Shown piece by piece: positions 8,414 through 17,285 of a stretch of 64,000 nucleotides of DNA. Position 1 is the first letter of the stretch. Each line of letters starts with the position of its first letter. The position numbers were made by a program, and so were the translations under genes. This stretch comes from an uncultured Planctomycetales bacterium (GTDB lineage Bacteria; Omnitrophota; Gorgyraeia; Zapsychrales; JAHFFX01), in NCBI GenBank assembly GCA_964612665.1, contig CAZTCI010000005.1:175549-239548 (forward strand), in the 5' to 3' direction. The notes under the pieces were generated by a model, which was not told where the DNA came from, ran no database searches, and saw nothing but the letters and a program-made list of their open reading frames with translations.

Positions 8414-10213
8414 ATGCCCTCTGAAAAACCATACCAACGAAAATTTTTTCCCTTCAATAGCCAATGGGCTTTGCTCAGCATTTTACTTATTGTTTTTTTA
8501 GTATATGTTCCGAGCCTGCGCGGCCAATTCCTGAATTGGGACGATGATCTGCATTTAACAAAGAATGATTCTATCCGCTCACTTAGCTTAAATAATTTAA
8601 AAGAAATTGCGTCATCAACGGTCAACAAAATTTACATTCCACTAACCGTTTTGTCCTTTGCCATTGAATATCATTTCGCCGGATTGAACCCTTTCATTTA
8701 TCATCTGGACAACCTTTTACTGTATTTAGCGGTCGTTGGGTTGATTGTTTTATTTGCCATACAGTGTGGATTAAACGAAAGCGCCGCGCTTTTGGGCGCG
8801 CTTTTTTTTGGCCTGCATCCTATTCATGTGGAATCGGTCGCCTGGGTGACCGAACGTAAAGATGTCTTGTATGCGCTTTTTTATCTACTGGCTTTAAATG
8901 CTTATCTTGTCTACATCCGTAAAAATAAAATTCGATTTCTTTGTTTAAGTTTGATCACCGGCGTTTTAAGTATTTTGTCGAAACCGATGGCGCTTAGTTT
9001 GCCGTTCATTTTGTTCTTGTGCGATTGGTTTCTTCAAAGAAGATGGACGCCTCAAGTTGTGTTTGAAAAAATTCCGTTTGTTTTGACGATGGCGCCCATC
9101 GCTTTTGCAACTTATGCCTTCAATGCCCGGATTCCCGGCGGGCACAATAATTCTGGGGAATCAATCTTGACGTGGTTTTGGACGTTTAGTTTTTATCTGC
9201 AAAAGTTTGTGTGGCCGTGGCAATTGATTCCACTGTATGATCTGCCGCAGCCAGTACGTTTAACCAATATAGAATATTTATGGGCGGTTATGGTCACGGC
9301 GATTTTTGTAGCTTTGATGATTTATGCCATGCGTAAACGCCTGATGATGGTTATTTTCGCCGGACTATTTTATTTTGGCTCGATATTTTTCTTGCTGCGC
9401 TTTGACAATTTAAAAGATACGAATATTGTGGCGGACCGATTCATGTATTTACCCAGTTTAGGATTTTGTTTGCTTGGCGGCTGGTTGGCTGATGAATGGC
9501 TTCAGAAAACAAAAGAAAGATTAGGCCCACGGGTTGTTTTGTGTCTCTTGATGATCCTTCTTGGCGGTAAAACGATAATGCAAACACAAATTTGGCATGA
9601 TAGTTTGAGTTTATGGAATTATGTGATTACGCTTAAACCCAAAATTGTGCTGGCTTATAATAGCCGCGGAACCGTTTTATTAGAGGAAGGCAAGGTCGCA
9701 TCCGCGCTTCAAGATTTTAATCACGCGATTGCCATTCGTCCCGATTATGCCAAGGCTTATTATAACCGTGCGACGTTATTTGGCCGTCAGGGCCAGGATG
9801 ATTTAGCTGTTGCTGATTTCACCAACGCAATCAAAATTGATAACACTTATGCCAGCGCTTATTCGGGACGCGGGTTGGTTTATTCAAAACACAATCAATA
9901 TGACTTGGCGCTTGCAGATTTGAATAAGACGCTATTGATCGATGCCAAACGCTATAAAGACTATAACAACCGCGCGATTGTCCACGAACTGCGCGGCGAA
10001 TATGACTTGTCGCTTAAAGATTACGGCAAGGCCCTGGAATTATTTCCAGGTTTTTCCGAAGCGTTGTTTAATCGCGCCCGCGTTTATCGCCTCACCGGAC
10101 AAAATGAACTCGCGCTTAAGGATTTGACCGACGCGCTAACCTTAAAACCTCATTGGACTGAAGCTTATCGTCAACGCGCTGAAATTCTTGGCCAGCAAAA
10201 ACAGAAGCAGTAA
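8414..10213 (+). CDS. TMTC-like membrane protein with C-terminal TPR repeats (paralog 2)
   Basis: Same architecture as 6552..8336 (NWDDD, ESVAWVTERKDVLYALFY, TPR array). Start moved to ATG 8414 (MPSEKPYQRK...) to match the paralog N-terminus. The track start at 8378 is a GTG inside the hairpin loop. Confidence 0.75.
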   Translation: MPSEKPYQRKFFPFNSQWALLSILLIVFLVYVPSLRGQFLNWDDDLHLTKNDSIRSLSLNNLKEIASSTVNKIYIPLTVLSFAIEYHFAGLNPFIYHLDNLLLYLAVVGLIVLFAIQCGLNESAALLGALFFGLHPIHVESVAWVTERKDVLYALFYLLALNAYLVYIRKNKIRFLCLSLITGVLSILSKPMALSLPFILFLCDWFLQRRWTPQVVFEKIPFVLTMAPIAFATYAFNARIPGGHNNSGESILTWFWTFSFYLQKFVWPWQLIPLYDLPQPVRLTNIEYLWAVMVTAIFVALMIYAMRKRLMMVIFAGLFYFGSIFFLLRFDNLKDTNIVADRFMYLPSLGFCLLGGWLADEWLQKTKERLGPRVVLCLLMILLGGKTIMQTQIWHDSLSLWNYVITLKPKIVLAYNSRGTVLLEEGKVASALQDFNHAIAIRPDYAKAYYNRATLFGRQGQDDLAVADFTNAIKIDNTYASAYSGRGLVYSKHNQYDLALADLNKTLLIDAKRYKDYNNRAIVHELRGEYDLSLKDYGKALELFPGFSEALFNRARVYRLTGQNELALKDLTDALTLKPHWTEAYRQRAEILGQQKQKQ

Positions 10214-10274
10214 TACTTGATATATAATTCGACGCGCTTTATGATGAGATTTCGTTATAAATAAAAATCAAGAC

Positions 10275-10311
10275 GGGCCGGGCCCGGTGATTCCAATTCA
10301 GGGCCCGGCCC
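10275..10311. terminator. GC-rich hairpin (GGGCCGGGCCC / GGGCCCGGCCC, 11-bp stem)
   Basis: Perfect 11-bp stem with a 15-nt loop. A-rich 5' flank (ATAAAAATCAAGAC), no 3' T-run. Confidence 0.4.
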
Positions 10312-10339
10312 ATTCGTCAACCTATTCAAAAAAAATCCT

Positions 10340-12103
10340 ATGAACCCAACGACTACCCCCGAAACCCCTGATTTAACCAAACCAGTTGAATTAGATGTAA
10401 GCAAATTTCCTCCGTATGCCCGACGAGAATTTGTACCAGCACAAGCCGATCTTACCGACAAAGACACAATCATCGGGCTTTACCAAAAACTTTTAGAATT
10501 TTCAATTAATTCACCCGTTGATTTAGAACAATGGATTAAAAACCGTTCGGAACTCGAAGCCGCCGGCGATCAGGCTGGGACACTACTTTACATCCGGATG
10601 ACCTGCCAGACTGATGATCCCACCCGCGCCGAAGCCTACCGGAATTTTATGGAAAATGTTGTCCCTGCAATCAAACCGCTCGATGATCAACTCAATCAGC
10701 GTTACCTTAAAGAATTAAAACGTTTTCCTTTGGATACGGACCGTTTTTTCGTTTACAACCGCACGATCCAAAGCGATATTGATCTTTTTCGTCAAGAAAA
10801 CGTGCCTCTTCAAACCTCAGTGAATTTGTTGTCCCAAGAATATCAAACGCTTTGCGGCGCCATGACCGTTTCATTTGAAGGTGAGGAGCTGACGTTGCCG
10901 CAGATGAACAAATTTTTGCTGGAAACTGACCGCGCGCTGCGTGAAAAAGCCTGGCGTGCCACAGCCGCCCGACGTTTACAGGACAAAGAAAAGCTTGAAG
11001 CAATCTTTGAAAAAATGTTGTCGCTGCGCGATCAAATGGCTAGAAATGCCGGTTTTCAAAACTTCACTGAATATCAGTTTAAAAGTTACCACCGTTTCGA
11101 TTATTTGCCTCGAGAATGCAAAGTTTTTCATGAAACAACCGAACGCCTCATCGTTCCTGTGTTGGAAGAGATTTTAAAAAAAAGAAAAACCCAAATGAAG
11201 CTGACACAGTTAAGGCCCTGGGATTTGGCGGTCGACCCGCGAGGTCTTGAGGCGTTAAAACCATTTCATAAAGTTGATGAATTGATTAAAGGCGTTAGTG
11301 AAATTTTTAAACGCACGGATCCGGCGTTAGGCGAGCAGTTCAAACAAATGGCGTCGATGGGACTTTTGGATTTAGCCAGCCGCAAAGGCAAAGCGCCCGG
11401 CGGTTATCAAAGCACCTTGGCGGAAATCCGCAAACCGTTTATTTTCATGAATGCCGTCGGGATTGATCAAGATGTTCGCACTCTTTTGCACGAAGGCGGT
11501 CACGCTTTTCATGCACTGGCCGCGGCCAATCAATTCTTGTATCCGTACCGCCACGCGCCCATGGAATTTTGTGAAGTCGCGTCCATGAGCATGGAATTAT
11601 TGGCCGACCGGCACATGACCGTTTTCTATAATGAGGAAGATGCGAAGCGTTCGACACTTGATCATCTGGAAGATGTGATCGGAACGCTCGCGTGGGTGGC
11701 CACAATCGATGCGTTTCAGTTTTGGATTTATGAACATCCCAAACATTCGGCTCAGGAACGTAAAGAAGCCTGGCGTCAAATTTACAACCGCTTCGCGCCA
11801 TCGGTTGTCGATTGGAGCGGATTAGAAGAGGAACAAACTTTTTTGTGGCACCGCCAGCTGCATGTCTTTGAAGTTCCGTTTTATTATATAGAATATGGCA
11901 TCGCCCAGTTAGGCGCGTTGCAGTTGTGGCTGAAATACCAGAAAAATCCGTCGGAAGCCATTCAATATTATAAAAAGGGCTTGGCGCTCGGCGGATCAAG
12001 GCCGCTGCCCGAAATTTTTAAAACCGCTGGGATTGAATTTGATTTTTCTGAAAAGAAAATCGCTCCACTTATTAAAGCGGTGGGGGAAAAATTAGAGAAA
12101 TAA
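10340..12103 (+). CDS. pepF: oligoendopeptidase F (M3 family metallopeptidase)
   Basis: 587 aa with the HEGGHAFH zinc motif and overall M3B/PepF layout. Confidence 0.85.
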   Translation: MNPTTTPETPDLTKPVELDVSKFPPYARREFVPAQADLTDKDTIIGLYQKLLEFSINSPVDLEQWIKNRSELEAAGDQAGTLLYIRMTCQTDDPTRAEAYRNFMENVVPAIKPLDDQLNQRYLKELKRFPLDTDRFFVYNRTIQSDIDLFRQENVPLQTSVNLLSQEYQTLCGAMTVSFEGEELTLPQMNKFLLETDRALREKAWRATAARRLQDKEKLEAIFEKMLSLRDQMARNAGFQNFTEYQFKSYHRFDYLPRECKVFHETTERLIVPVLEEILKKRKTQMKLTQLRPWDLAVDPRGLEALKPFHKVDELIKGVSEIFKRTDPALGEQFKQMASMGLLDLASRKGKAPGGYQSTLAEIRKPFIFMNAVGIDQDVRTLLHEGGHAFHALAAANQFLYPYRHAPMEFCEVASMSMELLADRHMTVFYNEEDAKRSTLDHLEDVIGTLAWVATIDAFQFWIYEHPKHSAQERKEAWRQIYNRFAPSVVDWSGLEEEQTFLWHRQLHVFEVPFYYIEYGIAQLGALQLWLKYQKNPSEAIQYYKKGLALGGSRPLPEIFKTAGIEFDFSEKKIAPLIKAVGEKLEK

Positions 12104-12138
12104 ATTTGCTTTATACCCTTAAAGTTTTCTAGCGCACA

Positions 12139-12936
12139 ATGTCCAATCCCCATAGGGATTTATTAAATCAACGGATTGCTCAACGCTCATCCGGCCTATT
12201 TCACGTCAAAACAGAATTAAGACATTTTATCCAAATTAACTATATTTTTCCTAAAGAGAGATTAACTGGAATTATTCCCACAAAACGATTCGATATATTA
12301 GAAATTTCTCTGAACGGTAGGAAGTATGCCCTATTGAGTGTCGTTCTTTTTGTTGACCACGATTTTTATTTTCAAATTTGTGCTCCGCTCAAATTTACAT
12401 TCCACCAGACAAATTACCGTATCTATATCCGTGATAAAAAAAGCGGACAGCATGCGGTTTGGTTTTTAGGGACGACTTTAGGTTCGCCAGCTGTTTATTT
12501 TGCTCGAAATTTCTGGAAGCTCCCGTGGCATTTTGCGAGCTATAAAATGATCTACAATTATTGCGAAAAGGAAAAACGCTATTTGAATTATTCTTCTTCA
12601 ATCGAATCAAATTGGGGGAAAGCCAATGTCGAAGTTGAAGACACCGGAATTGGCATTTCATCGTCGGAAGGTTTTAATCAAGAAGATGAGTGGCGGTTAG
12701 TGTTAACGCATCCAGTCCAGGGTTTTTTCAATCGGTTAGATGGTCAAATCGGTACTTACTCTATTTGGCATCCTCAGATGAATTTGAATGAAGGGTGTGG
12801 AAAACGGTTTTATTTTGAAGTGCTTGCTCGGCTAAAATTACTTTCTAGAGAAGAGATGAACACACCGCATTCCATTTTTATAACACCTCAAATTCCATTT
12901 GAAATCCATCTGCCGCCCCAAATTGTCTCTGATTAA
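12139..12936 (+). CDS. hypothetical protein, possibly DUF2071 (YqjF-like)
   Basis: 265 aa. N-terminal LRHFIQINYIFPKERL...GRKYALLSVVLF resembles the W..L.F.HW.V-type DUF2071 N-terminus. No catalytic motifs recognised. Confidence 0.45.
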   Translation: MSNPHRDLLNQRIAQRSSGLFHVKTELRHFIQINYIFPKERLTGIIPTKRFDILEISLNGRKYALLSVVLFVDHDFYFQICAPLKFTFHQTNYRIYIRDKKSGQHAVWFLGTTLGSPAVYFARNFWKLPWHFASYKMIYNYCEKEKRYLNYSSSIESNWGKANVEVEDTGIGISSSEGFNQEDEWRLVLTHPVQGFFNRLDGQIGTYSIWHPQMNLNEGCGKRFYFEVLARLKLLSREEMNTPHSIFITPQIPFEIHLPPQIVSD

Positions 12937-14159
12937 TCGATATGCCGCTGCACAATCACACTGCAAATCGCATCTCCCTGAACATTCACAACCGTGCGCA
13001 CGGTATCCAGAATCCGGTCAATCGGTAGAAGGATCGCAATCGCTTCCGTCGGTAAGCTGACGGATTGTAAGACCATGACCATCGTGACCATGCCGGCGCT
13101 GGGAATTCCCGGCGCGCCGATCGATGCTACAATGGCACTTAAGAAAACGACAATTTGAGCGCCTAGATTTAAATGCATGCCGGTTAAATTCGCCACAAAG
13201 ATCGCTGCGATCGCTTCGTAAAGCGCTGTCCCATCCATATTCAATGTTGCACCTAAAGGCGCCACAAACCCAACGATATTTTTATCTACGCCCAAATTTT
13301 TTTCAACGCATTGAAGTGTCACCGGCAGCGTCGCTGAACTTGAACTGGTTGAGAACGCGGTGAGTAAAGATTCTTTCATGCCATTAAAAAATTTAAGAGG
13401 GCTCATCCCGCCAAAAATATAGAGAAGGGTGGGAAGAACAATGATCCCATGAAATAACGTTGTCCCAATCACAACCGCCATAAATTTCCCAAGCGCGTTT
13501 AAAAGACCCAAATCTTGAGTCGCGATCAGTTTAATCAACAAAGCCGCGATCCCGACGGGTGCGACTTTAATGATCCATTCAATGATCCGCATAAAAACTT
13601 CGTACAATTCATTCAATAAACGTAAAACAGTTGCGGCGCGTTCGCGCAGTGTCACTAAAGCGATTCCCAAAAATACGGCGAACACAACAGTTGGAAAAAT
13701 TTTCCCTTCACTCATCGCCGTCACTGGATTGAGAAACAACTCCGCCAGAAACTTCTTTAAAAATTCCGCCAGCGTCATGTGTTCAGCGCTAAAATGAGTC
13801 ATGCTTTCTTGAAAGAGCGCTTGATTTAAACCCACGCCGGGTTTAAAAAGATTAACGGCGGTCAACCCGATCGCGGAAGCAATCGCGGGTGTCGCCAGAA
13901 AATAAATCAGCGTGTAACGCCAAACGCTTTTCATTTGATGATGGGCTTGAAGATTTGCAATGCCGGTTGCAATTGACGTGAAAATAAGCGGGAGCAAAAT
14001 CATTTTAAGAAGGTTAATGAAAATTCCACCGAGGAGATCGCAGATACCAAGAATAGTGATCCGTTGCGGCAAATCGGTGGGCAGTTGATGCACATAAATT
14101 CCAAAGACAATGCTTAAGCTAACAGCGATCAAAATTTGATTATTAACAGACAAGCGCAT
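12933..14159 (-). CDS. dicarboxylate/amino acid:cation symporter (DAACS, GltP/GltT family)
   Basis: 408 aa, ~8 TM plus reentrant loops, with the conserved AAIFVAN-like and NMDGTALYEA motifs of glutamate/aspartate symporters. Confidence 0.85.
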   Translation of the reverse strand: MRLSVNNQILIAVSLSIVFGIYVHQLPTDLPQRITILGICDLLGGIFINLLKMILLPLIFTSIATGIANLQAHHQMKSVWRYTLIYFLATPAIASAIGLTAVNLFKPGVGLNQALFQESMTHFSAEHMTLAEFLKKFLAELFLNPVTAMSEGKIFPTVVFAVFLGIALVTLRERAATVLRLLNELYEVFMRIIEWIIKVAPVGIAALLIKLIATQDLGLLNALGKFMAVVIGTTLFHGIIVLPTLLYIFGGMSPLKFFNGMKESLLTAFSTSSSSATLPVTLQCVEKNLGVDKNIVGFVAPLGATLNMDGTALYEAIAAIFVANLTGMHLNLGAQIVVFLSAIVASIGAPGIPSAGMVTMVMVLQSVSLPTEAIAILLPIDRILDTVRTVVNVQGDAICSVIVQRHID

Positions 14160-14439
14160 GTTAACGTCCCAGAAAATTGCAGAAATTCTTAAAACAAAAT
14201 TAAACGCAACCAGTGTTCAAGTGGTTGACCAATCCAGCGCCCATGCCGGCCACAAAGAAGCTAAACTTTCAGGCGGCGGGCATTATGACGTCATCGTTGT
14301 GTCTGAACAATTTCAAGGCCTCGAATCCATCGACCGCCATCGGAAGGTTTATGAAATTTTAAGTCATGAGTTGAAGAATGAAATCCACGCGTTGTCGATT
14401 AAAGCGTACACACCTCATGAATTAATGGGACAAGGTTAA
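14158..14439 (+). CDS. bolA: BolA family protein
   Basis: 93 aa with SAHAGHKEAK...GGHYDVIVVSEQFQG, the BolA class II KH-like signature. Its ATG overlaps the gltP-like ATG on the opposite strand (CATG). Confidence 0.75.
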   Translation: MLTSQKIAEILKTKLNATSVQVVDQSSAHAGHKEAKLSGGGHYDVIVVSEQFQGLESIDRHRKVYEILSHELKNEIHALSIKAYTPHELMGQG

Positions 14440-14614
14440 ATCAACAACGATATAAGAGAACAACCTAACTTTAGTGAGGAAATAATGGACTGATGGAGTG
14501 AGTCGCCACGCCTATACCACAATACTTTTCAGATAATGGCGGGGCCCGAACGGAATCAGTTCATTATTTCCTCAGTTAACCCATCTTGCTATTTTATATT
14601 TAGTTCGTTAATTT

Positions 14615-14968
14615 CTATTTTAAAGGAATAGCGGGCATGCGCTTTGGGCTTTGATTGGCAGGATCGACAAGGATGCCGACTGATTCCAAGACCGTCACGC
14701 CTAAAAGAGGTTCACTATTTTCAGGCCCAAAGATGATCCTTCCCGCGGTAATTTCTCCCATGAATTGAATTACTGCTAAACCAAATTCATATTCAACAAT
14801 TCGTCCATCAGCTAACTGGTAAACAGTGCTGCCAACCGGTTTAATTCCAGCTTTTTTTAAACTGGCCGCAGGAGCCATCGAGTCAGTTGCACCTGTATCG
14901 ACGAGAAATTCAGCGCTATATTTCTTTTTAAAAAAACGATCTGCACTAAGAGTTGTAGTAACAAGCAT
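14615..14968 (-). CDS. retropepsin-like (clan AA) aspartic protease, single domain
   Basis: FLVDTGATDSMAPAA contains the DTGA catalytic motif in a ~117-aa fold. ATG at 14968 lies 1 nt after the TAA of the upstream molybdoenzyme gene. The track's longer version starts inside that gene. Confidence 0.6.
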   Translation of the reverse strand: MLVTTTLSADRFFKKKYSAEFLVDTGATDSMAPAASLKKAGIKPVGSTVYQLADGRIVEYEFGLAVIQFMGEITAGRIIFGPENSEPLLGVTVLESVGILVDPANQSPKRMPAIPLK

Positions 14969-14969
14969 T

Positions 14970-15674
14970 TTATGAAGTCTGATACGGCGTCGCGTACCGG
15001 TCATCGTCCCACGGTTCGGCGGTGTTGGAATAGCCGCGCAATTCCCAGAAGCCTAATTTATCTTTTTCCAAAAAAATAATTTCTTTAATCCACTTGCTGC
15101 CTTTCCAGGCGTATTTTCGGGGTGTAATCATGCGCACGGGACCGCCGTGTTCCCGCGGCAGCGGCTGGTCATTCCAGTGATGAACGAGAAGGACATCGTC
15201 ATCCATGGCTTCTGCAAGCTTGAGATTGGTTGAATAACCGTCGTAGCCGGTCATGAAAACATAATGCGCGGTGGGTTTGAGTTTGGCTTTCTCGGCGAGG
15301 ACTTTAAACTGAACGCCTTTCCATTTGTTATCCATCCGGCTCCAGGTGGTTACACAGTGGAAGTCAGAATAATCAACGACCTGCGGAAGTGCGAGAAAGT
15401 CTTTCCATTTTAAAGTGTAAGGATTTTCAACTTCGCCTTTCACTTCAATTTGCCATTGTTCCAGGGAAATATTCGGGTGAACACCTAAGTCGAGAACCGG
15501 CCAGTTGGGCACCGCGTGCTGGCCTGGCGGAAGTTTGGGCATCCCATGACGGTTGGCTGGACCGCTTCCTTGAAGTTCGCCTTTAGGCGTTTTTCCGCCG
15601 GATAAAAGTACACGTTGCGATTTTTGAATCTTGGCTTTAATTAAATTTTTATTAAATTCTTCGGAAGGATTCAT
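14970..15674 (-). CDS. sulfite-oxidase-like molybdopterin oxidoreductase (cytoplasmic YuiH/SOUF-type, Oxidored_molyb domain)
   Basis: 234 aa with HCVTTWSRMDNKWKGV (the Moco-binding Cys context) and GYDGYSTNL...HGGPVRMITP. No signal or TAT peptide. Confidence 0.7.
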   Translation of the reverse strand: MNPSEEFNKNLIKAKIQKSQRVLLSGGKTPKGELQGSGPANRHGMPKLPPGQHAVPNWPVLDLGVHPNISLEQWQIEVKGEVENPYTLKWKDFLALPQVVDYSDFHCVTTWSRMDNKWKGVQFKVLAEKAKLKPTAHYVFMTGYDGYSTNLKLAEAMDDDVLLVHHWNDQPLPREHGGPVRMITPRKYAWKGSKWIKEIIFLEKDKLGFWELRGYSNTAEPWDDDRYATPYQTS

Positions 15675-16471
15675 GTTCGCAGTTTATAGCCGATTTTAAA
15701 AAGATAAACCGTCCACAAAAAAATCGTGAGGGCCATTAGGAAAGTGAAAATCATACAAATGAGAAGCGGAATATCGGTTGTGCCGATAACACTGTAGCGG
15801 ATACCATTGACCAGATAATACATGGGATTAAATTTGGTAATGGTTTGCAAAGGCGCCGGCAGCATCGCAATGGGATGAAAAACTCCGCCGAGAAACACCA
15901 TTGGCACAATCACGTATACATTCCATAAACTCAGCATCCCAAAATCTTCCGCCCATAAAGCACTGATCATCCCAGCGCAGGAAAAAATAACCGATATCAA
16001 AACAATAAAATAAAGAAGCAAGAGTGGATGCTGGATCATGTTCGGCGCGAAAAAAAACGAAACCAGATAAACGCTTAAAGATACAATCGACCCGCGCATG
16101 ACACCGCCGGCGAGCAAGCCCAACACCATTTCAAAATAAGACAGTGGTGATAACAAAATTTCCTGTACATGATTGTGCCAGCGCGCGATAAAAAGTGAGG
16201 AGCTGGTATTTTCGTAAGAGCTGGAAATAAGGTGAAGCGTCATTAATCCGGGAATAATAAAGTTAAGATAAGTTAACCCTCCATCGGGAAGATTAATCCG
16301 GCTGCCAATCGCAACGCCGAAGATATACATAAAAAGCGTTGAGGAAACCAGCGGTGGAAAAATTGTTTGACTGGAAAGCGAAAAAAAACGCAGAATTTCC
16401 CGTTTGGAAAGAGAAGCTACTCCGATGGGATTACTGATTAAATTAATGACATTAAACAGTCGGGAAATCAT
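15671..16471 (-). CDS. ABC-2 type transporter permease
   Basis: 266 aa, 6 TM. Overlaps the ATPase gene by 4 nt and the molybdoenzyme gene by 4 nt. Confidence 0.8.
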   Translation of the reverse strand: MISRLFNVINLISNPIGVASLSKREILRFFSLSSQTIFPPLVSSTLFMYIFGVAIGSRINLPDGGLTYLNFIIPGLMTLHLISSSYENTSSSLFIARWHNHVQEILLSPLSYFEMVLGLLAGGVMRGSIVSLSVYLVSFFFAPNMIQHPLLLLYFIVLISVIFSCAGMISALWAEDFGMLSLWNVYVIVPMVFLGGVFHPIAMLPAPLQTITKFNPMYYLVNGIRYSVIGTTDIPLLICMIFTFLMALTIFLWTVYLFKIGYKLRT

Positions 16472-17196
16472 TCGAGCCCTGTGACCTCGAGGAAGACTGC
16501 TTCGAGCGATTTGTCTTGGAGGACTTCTTTTTTCTCGCCGATCCGCACAATGCGTCCGTGATTGATGATACCGATCGTGCGGCAGAGTTTTTCAGCTTCT
16601 TCCATATAATGGGTGGTTAGAAAAATGGTTTTGCCTTCTTTGTTCAGTTGAATCAAATAATCCCAGATAAGAAATTTTAATTCCAAATCACAGCCAGAGG
16701 TGGGTTCATCCAAAATGATAATTTCTGGATCATGAATAAGCGCACGGCACATCAAAAGACGTTTTTTCATCCCACCGGATAAGGCGCGATGCTTGACGTT
16801 GCGTTTGTCGCTTAATTGAAAACGTTCTAAAAGCGCATCGGCGCGTTTGGAAGCTTCTTCCGGTAGAATTCCAAAGTATCCAGCTTGATAAACAAGCAGT
16901 TGATGAATGGTTAAGAATGGATCGAAGTTTGATTCTTGGGCGCAAAGCCCTATTAACCGTCGGGAATTAAGATATTCCGCGGTCGTGTCGTAGCCAAAGA
17001 CTTTAACGGAACCGGATTGATAGTTGGAAAGGCCGGTTATGATGTTGATCGTTGTGGTTTTGCCGGCGCCGTTTGGTCCCAGAAAAGCAAAGAAATCGCC
17101 GCGCTTGACTTCAAATGAAATATTATCCAGCGCCTGGAATTTTTTGTAGAACTTCGTCAAGTTTTTAATTGATATCGCAACATCGGAATGACGCAT
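16468..17196 (-). CDS. ABC transporter ATP-binding protein
   Basis: Walker A GPNGAGKTT, signature LSGGMKKR, Walker B IIILDEPT. Confidence 0.9.
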   Translation of the reverse strand: MRHSDVAISIKNLTKFYKKFQALDNISFEVKRGDFFAFLGPNGAGKTTTINIITGLSNYQSGSVKVFGYDTTAEYLNSRRLIGLCAQESNFDPFLTIHQLLVYQAGYFGILPEEASKRADALLERFQLSDKRNVKHRALSGGMKKRLLMCRALIHDPEIIILDEPTSGCDLELKFLIWDYLIQLNKEGKTIFLTTHYMEEAEKLCRTIGIINHGRIVRIGEKKEVLQDKSLEAVFLEVTGLE

Positions 17197-17285
17197 GGAT
17201 TTTATTATACGCGGCCAGGAGGCGTTGTCAAAACAGCATTTGTGTTTCAGTGTTCCTATATAGCGGGAAGTTAGTGAAGAAGCGC

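Noticed and set aside
10255-10473. 72-aa minus ORF spanning the 10.3 kb hairpin and the pepF start
   Set aside because: It overlaps the pepF N-terminus and the GC hairpin, and its composition is driven by the palindrome.
11445-11999. 184-aa minus-strand ORF inside pepF
   Set aside because: It is entirely antisense to a well-supported M3 peptidase gene. Its R/P/S-rich composition is typical of GC-skewed antisense frames, and it has no RBS.
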